Shown here: piece by piece, positions 20,748 through 31,342 of the stretch
Layout: every line of letters begins with the position of its first letter
Position numbering within the stretch: the stretch's first letter is position 1
Source: an uncultured Prochlorococcus sp.
GTDB lineage: Bacteria > Cyanobacteriota > Cyanobacteriia > PCC-6307 > Cyanobiaceae
DNA: 64,000 nucleotides
Reading direction: 5' to 3'
NCBI GenBank assembly: GCA_902536455.1
Contig: CACAXN010000003.1
Location: 18,435-82,434, forward strand
Program-made: the position numbers and the translations under genes
The notes under the pieces: model-generated
Told to the model about the DNA's origin: nothing
Seen by the model: the letters and a program-made list of their open reading frames with translations, nothing else
The model's database searches: none

Positions 20748-21842
20748 TTATAAGTAAATCATTTGTGAAGGGCCTAAAAAAGACTGATTAAATTTGTTTA
20801 AATGTGTCGCACTTATAAAACATTGACTTTCTTTACCAACAGAATTTAATAACAAATTTTGTCTAGTCATATCTAGTTCCGCCAAGACGTCATCCAATAT
20901 AAGTATTGGAGGGACATTTAATGTTTTAGTTAGTAAATCTAGTTCGGCCATTTTTAAAGCTAAGATAAAGGTTCTTTGCTGACCAGATGAACCATATTTT
21001 CTTATCGAAAAATTATTAATTAAAAACTCAATATCATCACGATGAGGTCCAAAATTACATTTGCCAGTCAATGCTTCGATTGAACGCTGATTTAATAGTT
21101 GTTCTATAATTTTTTTACTAATAACTTCTTCTTCTTCTTCTTCTTCTGTAATTATATTTTGTATCCCAGAAAGATAATTTATGCCAATTTGCTCTTTAGA
21201 TTTACTTAAGTGATTATGCCAATATTCAACATATGGTTTTATTTTTAATAAAGCTCTTCTTCTGCGCCTAAAAATTCTTGAACTTATTATTGACATTTGA
21301 ATATCAAAGCTTTCAATTATGTCTGTGGATTGATTGTTTAGATAGCCTTCTGAACGCCAAAAATGACTTCTTTGTTTTAAAAGCCTATTAAATCTACTTA
21401 TCAAATCTAAATAGACTGGTTCGAGCTGAGATACAATTTTATCAATCCATATTCTTCGAAAACTGGGTTCACTTCTAACAATATCTATATCATTAGAGCA
21501 GAAACATACACTCCGAATATAATTTTTTATTTCACTCTGTCTTTTCAAGATTGATTCATTAACATAAATTCTTTTAGGTCCTTTTCGAAATAAATTTAAC
21601 TTTATATCATCCTTAAAATCTATTTGTCCTATAACAACAGCCATATCACTATCATTTTCTATTAAATCTTTATCACTTAATGCTCTATTAGATTTTAATT
21701 GACTTAAAAATTCAATAGATTCAAGTAAGTTGGATTTACCGATACCATTACAGCCGAGAACGATTGCTCTTTGTTCTCTTAGATCAATTTCAAAACTTTT
21801 ATGGTTCCGAAAATTTTTAATTTTTAATTTATTTAAAAAAAT
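20748..21842 (-). CDS. recF: DNA replication/repair protein RecF (full length, non-canonical start proposed)
   Basis: GPHRDD, GSSGQQR, LILDDVLAELD; the frame stays open upstream of the listed ATG (21644) and encodes IFLNKLKIKNFRNH and Walker A GCNGIGKSN. Confidence 0.9.
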   Translation of the reverse strand: MFLNKLKIKNFRNHKSFEIDLREQRAIVLGCNGIGKSNLLESIEFLSQLKSNRALSDKDLIENDSDMAVVIGQIDFKDDIKLNLFRKGPKRIYVNESILKRQSEIKNYIRSVCFCSNDIDIVRSEPSFRRIWIDKIVSQLEPVYLDLISRFNRLLKQRSHFWRSEGYLNNQSTDIIESFDIQMSIISSRIFRRRRRALLKIKPYVEYWHNHLSKSKEQIGINYLSGIQNIITEEEEEEEVISKKIIEQLLNQRSIEALTGKCNFGPHRDDIEFLINNFSIRKYGSSGQQRTFILALKMAELDLLTKTLNVPPILILDDVLAELDMTRQNLLLNSVGKESQCFISATHLNKFNQSFLGPSQMIYL

Positions 21843-21919
21843 TTTTTTTATGCATTCATTAATTAAATTAGCTAAGTTTAGAATATTTCGATTTTCTTTA
21901 AAGAAATTGAAAAATTAAA

Positions 21920-21993
21920 GGGCATGTAGCTCAGTTGGATAGAGCATCAGATTCCGGTTCTGAGAGTCGGGGGTTCGAATCCCTCCATGCTCG
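21920..21993 (+). tRNA. trnR: tRNA-Arg(CCG)
   Basis: GGGCATG/CATGCTC acceptor, TCAGA-TTCCGGT-TCTGA anticodon arm, GTTCGAATC. Confidence 0.97.
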
Positions 21994-22003
21994 TAACCTG
22001 CTT

Positions 22004-22450
22004 TTAAAGTTTATATCCCATCACTCTTATTCCATTTGGATCTAGTATGAATCCACTTTCTTCTAAACTACTGAAAGAAGAAACTGGGGCTTGGACAGAA
22101 ATACTGCATCCAGGCATTTCTCTATTAATTTTCTCAAGTGTTGCTTGAAGCAATATTAAATAATAAAGTTGCTGATTATTACCTGGTGCTGCACTTAAAT
22201 TCCATAAGTTAGCATTCAATCCCCTGTCGGACGTAACCCTTACAAAGCCATATAATTTATTATTTAATTCATTCTGTATGGTAAAAAAGAAATTACTTTT
22301 ATGAATAGCCTCAGAAAGAGGTTTTATTGGAAATATTTCACAGCCACAATTCGCTAACAGTTTATTCACTTCTTTAGCTAGTGGGATCTTAGAAGAGTTA
22401 ACAAAATAACCTTCTGGAAGAACAAGTTTTTTTTTAGGAAAATATTGCAA
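22004..22450 (-). CDS. GNAT-fold N-acetyltransferase-like protein
   Basis: GFVRVTSD..LNANLW, GFILDPNGIRVM; TTG start uncertain. Confidence 0.65.
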   Translation of the reverse strand: MQYFPKKKLVLPEGYFVNSSKIPLAKEVNKLLANCGCEIFPIKPLSEAIHKSNFFFTIQNELNNKLYGFVRVTSDRGLNANLWNLSAAPGNNQQLYYLILLQATLEKINREMPGCSISVQAPVSSFSSLEESGFILDPNGIRVMGYKL

Positions 22451-22453
22451 TTA

Positions 22454-25423
22454 TCAACCTGTATTTCTCATGCCAGCTGCTATCCCATTAATAGTTAAAA
22501 GAGCCCCCCTTAATAGTTCACTTCTACTATAAGCTCTTCTAGATTCATCTTTATCGATAAGAAACTCGCTAATTGGGGGTTGTCTTGTTTGGTCTCTAAG
22601 TCTTCTCAAAAGGGAAACCTGCAAAAATCCCAATGGGATAATAGTCTTATTTCTAAGGCTTACTGATGATTTCAAGTCTCTATCAGATTCGAGGAGTCTA
22701 TTTTTACCAGTAATTTCAAGTATTAAAGATTTTGTAAGATTATATTCTTTAGAAATTACTTCAAAAATATCATCAAAAGAATCTTTATTTTCTTTACTGC
22801 CAAGAGTGTCAACATAATATCTAGCAACTTCCAAATCCACCTTAGATAAGGTCATCTCTACCTTAGATATAAGCATCCTAAAAAATGGCCATCTTTGATG
22901 CAAAACCCTTAATAGTTCAATTTGTTTTGGGTCTGAATTTAATTCAGATGATAATGCAGTACCTACACCAAACCAACTTGGCAGAAGAAATCTACTTTGA
23001 GTCCAACCAAATACCCATGGAATAGCTCTTAAACTTGACAAATCTTTCGCACCTTTTTTTCTTCTCGCAGGCCTGCTAGAAATCTGTAATTTACTTATTT
23101 CCTCTATTGGCGTAACCTCTTGAAAGAAATTTAATAAATCAGGATTCTCATGCACTAATTTTCTGTAGTGGGACCTTGATGTTTCTGCCAGCCTAGACAT
23201 TAATTGATTCCATTCTGGAGTAGCGTCAAGTCTATTATTTACCAAACTATTTTGAATAACAGCAGTGGTAACAGTTTCAAGATTGTACAAAGCCAATTCA
23301 GGAAGACTATATTTGGAAGCTAAAACTTCACCTTGTTCTGTAATTTTTATTCGCCCTTTTAAAGTTCCGCTTGGTTGAGCCAAGATTGCCTGATAGGCAG
23401 GTCCTCCCCCTCTACCTACAGAGCCCCCTCTCCCATGAAAAAGTCTTAGCAATATATTATTTTTACTCGCAAGATTTTGAAGAGCTATTTGGGCTCTATG
23501 AATTTCCCAATTACTAGAAACAAACCCTGAATCTTTATTGCTATCAGAATAACCAAGCATTAATTCTTGCAGAGGTTTAAAAGATTCGCCAACTTTTGGC
23601 AATAATGATTTGTAAAAATCTAATTCAAATAACTTTTCCATCACTGCTGGTGCTCTTTTAAGGTCTTCAACAGTTTCAAAAAGAGGAACAACTAATAATT
23701 TCGACTTTTGTGACTTTTGATCAAGAAGTCCCATTTCTTTTGCTAGCAAGAGAACTTCAAGCAAGTCAGATGCACTATGACTCATGGAAATTACGTAAGA
23801 ATGACAGATGCGACTTCCGAATTCATGTTGTAATCTCTTTACCATTTTAAAAACCGAAAAAGTTTCATCTGTGGTTTTTGTCCAGTTCACCTCAGAGGGT
23901 ATTAAAGGCCTTTTTGTATTTAACTCGTCTACAAGCCATTTAATTTTTTCTTCCTCAGACATTTGATCATATTTCACAGATAAATCAAGATAATTTGTAA
24001 GCTCATTTATTGCGTCACTATGTCTCGTGCTTTCTTGACGAATATCTAAACTTGCTAAAGAAAATCCAAAAATATGAACCTGAGTAAGTAAGGTATTTAC
24101 TGCTTCGCAAGTTAAATCTGTACTAATCAGACTATTTTTAATTAGTTCGAGATCATAAGTAAATTCGCTAATTGATTTATAGTATAAGTTTTCAACTTTA
24201 TCCAAATTTTTAGTATTAGTTTCCCCCTCTGAGTCAAATTTCCAACCACTATCAGCTAATAAATTATTCCTTTCTTGTGTTAACTTTAATTTTTCTAAAA
24301 TATAACTCAATTTCAATCTATAAGGTTCTGATCTGTATCTTGTAGCCCTAGCTTCATAGATTTGTGGGAACTTAACTCTATCTGTCTCTAATGACTCTAA
24401 TAGAGAAGAACTTACTTGACTCCATTGCATTGAGACACTCAATTGATCTCTAAGATTAGATGTGGCAATAATATATCTTTCCAACATCAACTGCCGTTGG
24501 TAGCAAGCAGTTCTCCATGTTATCTCAGGAGTAACCGATGGATTACCATCCCTATCAGAGCCAACCCAAGAACCGAAGTTACAAAAAGATTCAGAGGGCA
24601 TCTGAACATCTGGATAATTTTCGGTTAACGCTTCAGCGATCCTACCTCTCAATTGAGGCATTGCATTGAATAAAACTTGTTGAAAATAATGTAATGCATA
24701 ATCTACTTCGTCTAAAACTGAAGGTTTAAATTGATGTAATTCATCTGTTCTCCACCAAAGTCTTACTTCCTCTTTTAATTGAGTTTTCAAAGAAATTTTT
24801 TCTTCTTTTGTTAAAAATTGCTCAACTTGTATTTTTTTTAACAAATTTGCTACTCGAGTTTGCTTATGTCTAATAGTATGTCTTACTATCTCTGTCGGAT
24901 GTGCAGTAAAAACTAGACGAATATCCATTTCCTGCAATAAAGCCTCTAATTTACCTGGAGGTACATTTAATTTCCTAAGCCTATAAAATAGTTCTCTAAA
25001 AGTAACTGGAGCATTTTGTCTAGCCAATGCAGGGGCAAAAGGATCAAGATTATCGGGCGATTTTTGAACATTTTTATTGGTAAAGCTATGAATATATCTA
25101 TCTTCCTCAACTCTTTGTTCCAATATATTAACTAGTTGGAAATATAATGAAAATGCTCTTGCTGCTGCAATAGATTCTGCCAAATCCATAGAATTTACAA
25201 TGTCAACTATTTCACTTTTAAAATTTTTTGAACTATTGCCATCAATCTGTTTCGAATAACTTAATTCTTTTAGCTGAATTAATCTCTCTGCTTGATCATC
25301 CGGGCATTCTTCTCTGAGCACAGATTCCCATAGATCCTCTATTAGAAGGCGATTTTTATCAAGTGGATCATTGTTACTTATCAGATCCACGTTATTATTT
25401 TTTATCTGTTGAAAAGATTCCAT
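22454..25423 (-). CDS. ppc: Phosphoenolpyruvate carboxylase
   Basis: [31 protein letters not shown]-terminal MRNTG. Confidence 0.99.
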   Translation of the reverse strand: MESFQQIKNNNVDLISNNDPLDKNRLLIEDLWESVLREECPDDQAERLIQLKELSYSKQIDGNSSKNFKSEIVDIVNSMDLAESIAAARAFSLYFQLVNILEQRVEEDRYIHSFTNKNVQKSPDNLDPFAPALARQNAPVTFRELFYRLRKLNVPPGKLEALLQEMDIRLVFTAHPTEIVRHTIRHKQTRVANLLKKIQVEQFLTKEEKISLKTQLKEEVRLWWRTDELHQFKPSVLDEVDYALHYFQQVLFNAMPQLRGRIAEALTENYPDVQMPSESFCNFGSWVGSDRDGNPSVTPEITWRTACYQRQLMLERYIIATSNLRDQLSVSMQWSQVSSSLLESLETDRVKFPQIYEARATRYRSEPYRLKLSYILEKLKLTQERNNLLADSGWKFDSEGETNTKNLDKVENLYYKSISEFTYDLELIKNSLISTDLTCEAVNTLLTQVHIFGFSLASLDIRQESTRHSDAINELTNYLDLSVKYDQMSEEEKIKWLVDELNTKRPLIPSEVNWTKTTDETFSVFKMVKRLQHEFGSRICHSYVISMSHSASDLLEVLLLAKEMGLLDQKSQKSKLLVVPLFETVEDLKRAPAVMEKLFELDFYKSLLPKVGESFKPLQELMLGYSDSNKDSGFVSSNWEIHRAQIALQNLASKNNILLRLFHGRGGSVGRGGGPAYQAILAQPSGTLKGRIKITEQGEVLASKYSLPELALYNLETVTTAVIQNSLVNNRLDATPEWNQLMSRLAETSRSHYRKLVHENPDLLNFFQEVTPIEEISKLQISSRPARRKKGAKDLSSLRAIPWVFGWTQSRFLLPSWFGVGTALSSELNSDPKQIELLRVLHQRWPFFRMLISKVEMTLSKVDLEVARYYVDTLGSKENKDSFDDIFEVISKEYNLTKSLILEITGKNRLLESDRDLKSSVSLRNKTIIPLGFLQVSLLRRLRDQTRQPPISEFLIDKDESRRAYSRSELLRGALLTINGIAAGMRNTG

Positions 25424-25476
25424 ACAATTATTATGTCACAAGTGAAAATATTGAGATCAAATATTTATTTGAATAA

Positions 25477-26592
25477 TCAAACATTCTCTTCACTATCTAT
25501 CATATCTTCTATAGAAATTTTCATTATCTGCTCAATAGAAAAACCTGTTTCATATTGATTGATCCATTTCATTGATTGATTACCTTCTTCAAGCACTTTA
25601 TAGATAGGTTTCAAAAGATGTTTCATATTAAATTTTTCTGCGGTTGATAATAAATCTGATAATAAGTTTTGAATCCAGGCCCTACAAATAACTTTTTTGC
25701 CATTTTGCCAGTGAATTAGCTCTGAATTAAGACTATCTTTAGCAGCATTTATTTCATTTTGATCACATATTTCTGATAATTGATCCATAGAAAAAATACT
25801 TGCATTCAAAGGATCTAAGGTATTTAAATTTTCAAAAAGATTTAAAATCCTTAGTTCTATCATGGCCGTTATCCCTAAAAGCAAATTAATATCGTAAACA
25901 AAATCACAAATTCTTAATTCTAAACGATCAAGGATTAAAGGTCTTTGTGGACCATTTGGTCGGATTGAAGACCAAAAATGCCTGATATTTTGCATATTTT
26001 TATTAGCTATATTTTCCTCGATCCAATGGATATAAGAATTATGATTTACAAAAAAAGGCACCTTACTTGGTGTTTTGGGAAACTGCATCCATCTTTGAGA
26101 GTGATTCTCCGTAATTTTATTATTTAAAAAAGGTGAACTAGCACTTAGGGATAGATATAAAGCAGCCTCAGATCTTATTAGTCTGATAGCCGCAAAAAGC
26201 TTATCTAAATCATCTATTCCTATGTTTATATGTACACTTGAAGTCGCAATAGAGGTTCCATAATTATCTTGTATAAATTGATGATAAACATTATCAATAT
26301 CAGATCTTTGAAATTGAATATCGTGTTTAAAACAAAGAGTGGATGAAGGTATGATTGTTAACTCTTTTTCGTTTAGCCATCGTCTCAACTTTTTTCTTGG
26401 AGTTATTAATTTCTCGTGTAAAAATTTATAGTCTTTTTCAGGTTTTGTAATGTATTCGACATTTCTGTTATCTGGCTCTTTTACAAAATCAGGGAATTTT
26501 TTCTCAATTTCAGCCGAAACACCAATATGAGAATTTAAAGAACCTGTGAAAAGTTCGACCTCAAAACCCTTATAAAGATTATTTTGATTCAT
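25477..26592 (-). CDS. gshA: Glutamate--cysteine ligase (cyanobacterial type)
   Basis: KGFEVELF, EPDNRNVEY, SVHINIG, SASSPF, RLELRICD. Confidence 0.88.
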   Translation of the reverse strand: MNQNNLYKGFEVELFTGSLNSHIGVSAEIEKKFPDFVKEPDNRNVEYITKPEKDYKFLHEKLITPRKKLRRWLNEKELTIIPSSTLCFKHDIQFQRSDIDNVYHQFIQDNYGTSIATSSVHINIGIDDLDKLFAAIRLIRSEAALYLSLSASSPFLNNKITENHSQRWMQFPKTPSKVPFFVNHNSYIHWIEENIANKNMQNIRHFWSSIRPNGPQRPLILDRLELRICDFVYDINLLLGITAMIELRILNLFENLNTLDPLNASIFSMDQLSEICDQNEINAAKDSLNSELIHWQNGKKVICRAWIQNLLSDLLSTAEKFNMKHLLKPIYKVLEEGNQSMKWINQYETGFSIEQIMKISIEDMIDSEENV

Positions 26593-28113
26593 TTATTTAT
26601 CCAAACATGCTAATGCTTTTAGTATCCCCTTTGCTTTATTTATAGTCTCTTGATATTCATTTTCAGGAAACGAATCAGCAACAATTCCAGCTCCTGCTTG
26701 CACTGATACATCATATTTCCCATCTCTTGAAGGTTTAACTATCATAGTTCTTATCGTAATTGCCGTATTTAGTGCACCATTAATATCAATAGATCCATAA
26801 ACGCCAGCATAAGGTCCTCTAGCATCTTTTTCAAAGTCCTTAATCAATTGCATAGCTCTTATTTTTGGCGCACCAGTTACTGTCCCAGCGGGAAAAGAGG
26901 CTTTTAGCAAATCCCATACGTCTGCATCTTTTTTTAAGATTCCCTCAACTTCACTAACTATATGCATAACATGTGAATATTTCTCAATAACCATTAAATC
27001 CTTGACCTCTACAGTACCAATTTCACAAACTCTTCCAAGATCATTTCTCCCAAGATCAATTAGCATTACATGCTCAGCTATCTCTTTTGGATCTGCTAAT
27101 AAATCCTTTTCTAATTCCAAGTCTTGTTGATTATCAATCCCTCTAGGTCTTGTGCCAGCTATTGGTCTTAAGCTTGCAACAATCTGACTATTTTTGTTTT
27201 TTTCAGCTTTAACCATTACTTCAGGACTTGACCCTATCAAATACCATGAGCCAAAATCAAAAAATGACATGTATGGAGATGGATTAACCATCCTCAAACT
27301 TCTATATAAATTAAAGGGATCATTATTAACTTGAGTTTGGAACCTCTGACTTAAAACTATTTGGAAGATATCTCCCTTTCTTATGTATTCTTTTGCAGAT
27401 AGAACTGCATCCTCAAAATCTTTTTTCTTCCAGTTACTTTCTAGATCTAAATTCAAATTCTCATCTTCTTTCCAATCTAAAAACTCATTTTCTTTTAGAG
27501 GAATTCTCATTAAATTTCTAGTATTCTGAATTTTAGAAATTGAGTTTCGATACAACTCTTCAATCGAAGATTCTTTTGAAGAAGTTGTATCTGCATAAAC
27601 CACTGCAGTAATACATCTTTTAAGTTGATCAAAAACAACTAACTGATCAAAAAACATCCAAGAACCATAAGGAATATTGTTTTCTGGTATTTCATTTATT
27701 GGAACTCTTGGTTCTATCCGATTTATTAATTCATAACCCCAAGAACCATATAACTGTCCAATTGATGGTAAGTCATCCAGCATGGTTGACTTATATTCCT
27801 TTGTCCAACTTCTTAAAAGGTCAAAAGGATCACCTTTATGTGTTTCAGTTTCGCCATTATTCCAAGTTTTAACTATTTCTTCTCCATAACAAACGGCTTC
27901 CCAAAGAGGTTTAGTAGCAACAATACTCCACCTACCCAAACTTTCCCCACCTTCAACAGATTCAAGAAAAACACCATGGGAATCTTTTGATGATAATTTT
28001 AACCAAGTTGACAATGGAGTCTCTAAATCTGCTGGCCAAGTTTTAATAATAGGTATAAAATTTTTACCTTCTTTGTAAGCCTTAAAAAAACTATCTTTCT
28101 GTGAGCTGATCAT
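26593..28113 (-). CDS. trpE: Anthranilate synthase component I
   Basis: NPSPY, PIAGTRPRG, EHVMLIDLGRND, PAGTVTGAPK. Confidence 0.95.
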   Translation of the reverse strand: MISSQKDSFFKAYKEGKNFIPIIKTWPADLETPLSTWLKLSSKDSHGVFLESVEGGESLGRWSIVATKPLWEAVCYGEEIVKTWNNGETETHKGDPFDLLRSWTKEYKSTMLDDLPSIGQLYGSWGYELINRIEPRVPINEIPENNIPYGSWMFFDQLVVFDQLKRCITAVVYADTTSSKESSIEELYRNSISKIQNTRNLMRIPLKENEFLDWKEDENLNLDLESNWKKKDFEDAVLSAKEYIRKGDIFQIVLSQRFQTQVNNDPFNLYRSLRMVNPSPYMSFFDFGSWYLIGSSPEVMVKAEKNKNSQIVASLRPIAGTRPRGIDNQQDLELEKDLLADPKEIAEHVMLIDLGRNDLGRVCEIGTVEVKDLMVIEKYSHVMHIVSEVEGILKKDADVWDLLKASFPAGTVTGAPKIRAMQLIKDFEKDARGPYAGVYGSIDINGALNTAITIRTMIVKPSRDGKYDVSVQAGAGIVADSFPENEYQETINKAKGILKALACLDK

Positions 28114-28172
28114 ATTAATAATGCCAACCCAAATTATAATTATTTTCTTCTTTTATATCAACTTTATGGAAG

Positions 28173-28595
28173 TTAATCAAAAGTATTCTTAGTTGTAAAC
28201 TTCAAACCAGCTGGATTGGGATTCTCACCTATTCTTCTAGGATTATGTCCTACTTTCTCTCTACCTTCATTAACTTTTTCAGAGAAAACACCATCTTTGG
28301 GATGTAAGAATTCAATATCACCACCTGGGAAAATTCGGTAGATTTTGAAATCTTCAATTCTTGGTTTGAAGGCTCTTAATTGTGTCCCTAATGCAAGGCA
28401 TTGTTCTTTTCTTGCAAAGTACATTAGATTATCACCTTCATGCATAATAGCCGCTCCACCGGTGGGCAATTCAAATGCTTGCTCCTTTGAACTTTTCCAT
28501 ACAATTGCATATTTTTCTTCGGTTTCTGCTGAGTTTAATAAACCCCCAGTACTTCCTATATGCTTTGGAAATTGACCAACTAAAGTTTCAGTCAT
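28173..28595 (-). CDS. psaD: Photosystem I subunit II
   Basis: [33 protein letters not shown]. Confidence 0.98.
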   Translation of the reverse strand: MTETLVGQFPKHIGSTGGLLNSAETEEKYAIVWKSSKEQAFELPTGGAAIMHEGDNLMYFARKEQCLALGTQLRAFKPRIEDFKIYRIFPGGDIEFLHPKDGVFSEKVNEGREKVGHNPRRIGENPNPAGLKFTTKNTFD

Positions 28596-28706
28596 CCTTG
28601 ATTTTGAGTTATTTATAATAAGAAATTAGCATTCATATTTTGCAAAATTCGAATTTTACTGGAAATTTTCTACATTATTTAATATATAGAAAACTTATTT
28701 CTCATT

Positions 28707-30074
28707 TTATTTTGAATCTGAGATCGGAAAAAATACTGTCAAACCTGTATCACGCCTTTGTGTGACATGCCCTCCTAAACTAGCTAACAACTTTTGAGTG
28801 GCTTTTTGACTAAGTTGTAAACTGCCTGTTTGAGGATTCCAATTTAAAACAGGTCCAATATCAGAACCATTATCTTTTTTTAGAATTTCTTTTTGATTAC
28901 TTTCTAATTTGTGTACTTTTAATTGAAGTTTAAGTTTTTGACCAGCTGGTCTTAATTCTAAAATTAATGTACTACCTTCTTTTAACCCTCTAGTATTTTT
29001 ATCAATTAATCCACTTAACATTAATTCCAATTTTTCAGCATCACTCAAAATTTGCGGAAGTTGATTGGGGATATCAATCTTTAAAGAAATCCCACGACGA
29101 CTTAATTGTTTATTCCATAAAGGAGAAAGCTTTTTAAAAATTTCAGCTAAATTAATTTTTGCCAAGTTATTTAACGACGGAACGTCATTACTAACTAATT
29201 CTGCTGCGTTAAAGATTAAACCAAACCTATCAATTTGTTCATTACACTCATTATCTATTTGCATTAAACGATTTTTCATTGATTCGTCCATCTTATATTT
29301 TTTTAAAGTAGAACTTATTAAGGTTCTTATTGTTGCCAAAGGTGTCCTTACTTCATGAGATATTGCACGTAATAATTTTGCTTCAGTGATTTGCAAATTT
29401 TTTTCATCGTTTTTTTCAAAATTCTGTATATTATTGTTTGGAGCAATATTTGCTAATTTTGCTGACAATGTTGGCCAAAATAATTTTTCAAATTGATTAT
29501 TAATATTAAGGTTACCTAAAGTATTGATTGCGTTGCGAAACTTTACTCCTTCATCATAATTTACTTGATTTAATTTTGTATGCATTAATTCAATTGAAAG
29601 TTTTAGGCTTTCTTCATCACACTTCATTAATAGAATTTTCTTATCTTTTTCTCCTACTATTGATAATATACATTGAAAATTTGGGGTGATTATCATCAAA
29701 AAAGGTTCATAACCATCTTCTTGACTAAGACTTAAAACTTTATAATTGCTAAATAAATCGAACTCTTTTTTTATCTTGTCTGAATCATTGACTGGTAAAA
29801 AACCTGCATTCTCATTTTGAAAGTATGGAAACCCCTCAGGAGCCCAAAGCCATCCTTGAAGTTGATTTAAAAACTTTTTATCATTAAAAGCTGGCAAAGG
29901 CGAGGCAACCCAAATTCCCCCGTTTTTATAATTATTAGATAGGAAATCTTTTTGAATAACTTCTAAAGAAGCCCACCACATTCTTCTGGATGTATCATCA
30001 TCCACATATATGGTTTGAACTCCTTTAATCAAAAGGTCTTGAATTTTTTTTATAGTTATTTGTGATTTCATCAA
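28707..30074 (-). CDS. Sensor histidine kinase (Hik2-like)
   Basis: H-box AISHEVRTPLATIRTL; atypical ATPase domain ending QTGSLQLS..TQKLLASLGG. Confidence 0.8.
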   Translation of the reverse strand: MMKSQITIKKIQDLLIKGVQTIYVDDDTSRRMWWASLEVIQKDFLSNNYKNGGIWVASPLPAFNDKKFLNQLQGWLWAPEGFPYFQNENAGFLPVNDSDKIKKEFDLFSNYKVLSLSQEDGYEPFLMIITPNFQCILSIVGEKDKKILLMKCDEESLKLSIELMHTKLNQVNYDEGVKFRNAINTLGNLNINNQFEKLFWPTLSAKLANIAPNNNIQNFEKNDEKNLQITEAKLLRAISHEVRTPLATIRTLISSTLKKYKMDESMKNRLMQIDNECNEQIDRFGLIFNAAELVSNDVPSLNNLAKINLAEIFKKLSPLWNKQLSRRGISLKIDIPNQLPQILSDAEKLELMLSGLIDKNTRGLKEGSTLILELRPAGQKLKLQLKVHKLESNQKEILKKDNGSDIGPVLNWNPQTGSLQLSQKATQKLLASLGGHVTQRRDTGLTVFFPISDSK

Positions 30075-31342
30075 CTTCTTAGTGATCTAGAACGTTTCAA
30101 TATAGATAAAACAAATCCAATAGATATAAAATTTGTAAACAATGAAGTTCGACCATAGCTCATAAAAGGAAGGGGAATTCCAGTAACTGGTCCTAATCCA
30201 ATAGTCATAAATAAGTTAATAATTATTTGGAATAAAAAAGTTGAGGCTATGCCAATAACAATTAGAGATTCAAATTTAGTTCTAGCATTTGTTGCGGTAT
30301 TAATAAGTTTTTTAATCAAAAAAAAGAACAAAAATAAAACTATTATGCACCCGACAAAACCCAATTCCTCCCCTAAAGCACTGAATATGAAATCAGTATG
30401 TTGTTCTGGTATAAATTGCAAATTAGTCAGCTTACCTTGCAACAAACCAGTCCCAAATAATCCTCCAGAACCAATTGCAATTTTGCTCTGTATCAAATGA
30501 TAACCACCACCCAATGGATCTCTATTTGGATCTAAAAATAAAACTAATCTATCTTTTTGATATTCTTTTAATCCATATTGCCACAAAATTGGTGTCAATT
30601 TTGCAACTAATAAATGGAACACAATGGCAAGAGCAGAAAAAATAATTTTCTTTTTCGAAGATCTATAAGCAACATATCCTACAAATGGGATCCAGAAAAT
30701 AAGAACAGTTGGGAGGGTTAAATATAATATAGAAGTAACAGCACAAAACACTAATAACAAAATCCACTCTATGGGCATTTGAGACCAATAGAGCATCACA
30801 CCTGTCAAAAATAATAAAACTAAAGAGGTCCCTAAGTCCGGTTGAAAAAAAATTAATAGCCAAGGAATAATGACTACTGATAAAGGAAATATTAAATCTC
30901 TTATTTGTGAAATTATTTTTTTGTCAAGTACTAAAGCAAGAGTTAATACAGTGCTTAATTTAGCAACTTCTGAGGGCTGAAAAGAAAAAATTCCCAAATT
31001 TAGCCATCTTTGAGCTCCAGAAACTGAGATCCCAAAAAAATAAATTAAAAATAAGGATATTAAAGTGCAAAAATAAAATGGAATCAAATACTTTCTAATT
31101 CTCTCTAAAGGTATATAAGAAATAAAAAATGCCAAAAAATAACCTAAAAAACCAGTTAATATGTGACTCAGATAATTAGATACTAAAAAATCACCCTGAA
31201 TACTTTTTATTAATAAACCCGAAATAATAACTAAAAAAAGGGGAATTAAAAGTACTGGAGAAAATAAAAAACCTCTATGAAAATTGTCTTTTTTTGGTAA
31301 AAATCCTCTCTTATTTAATAAAAAAATTCTCCTAAACATCAA
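30071..31342 (-). CDS. rodA: Rod shape-determining protein RodA (SEDS family)
   Basis: GAQRW, QPSE.AK, QPDLGT, PEQHTDFIF, TGIPLPFMSYG. Confidence 0.92.
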   Translation of the reverse strand: MMFRRIFLLNKRGFLPKKDNFHRGFLFSPVLLIPLFLVIISGLLIKSIQGDFLVSNYLSHILTGFLGYFLAFFISYIPLERIRKYLIPFYFCTLISLFLIYFFGISVSGAQRWLNLGIFSFQPSEVAKLSTVLTLALVLDKKIISQIRDLIFPLSVVIIPWLLIFFQPDLGTSLVLLFLTGVMLYWSQMPIEWILLLVFCAVTSILYLTLPTVLIFWIPFVGYVAYRSSKKKIIFSALAIVFHLLVAKLTPILWQYGLKEYQKDRLVLFLDPNRDPLGGGYHLIQSKIAIGSGGLFGTGLLQGKLTNLQFIPEQHTDFIFSALGEELGFVGCIIVLFLFFFLIKKLINTATNARTKFESLIVIGIASTFLFQIIINLFMTIGLGPVTGIPLPFMSYGRTSLFTNFISIGFVLSILKRSRSLRS

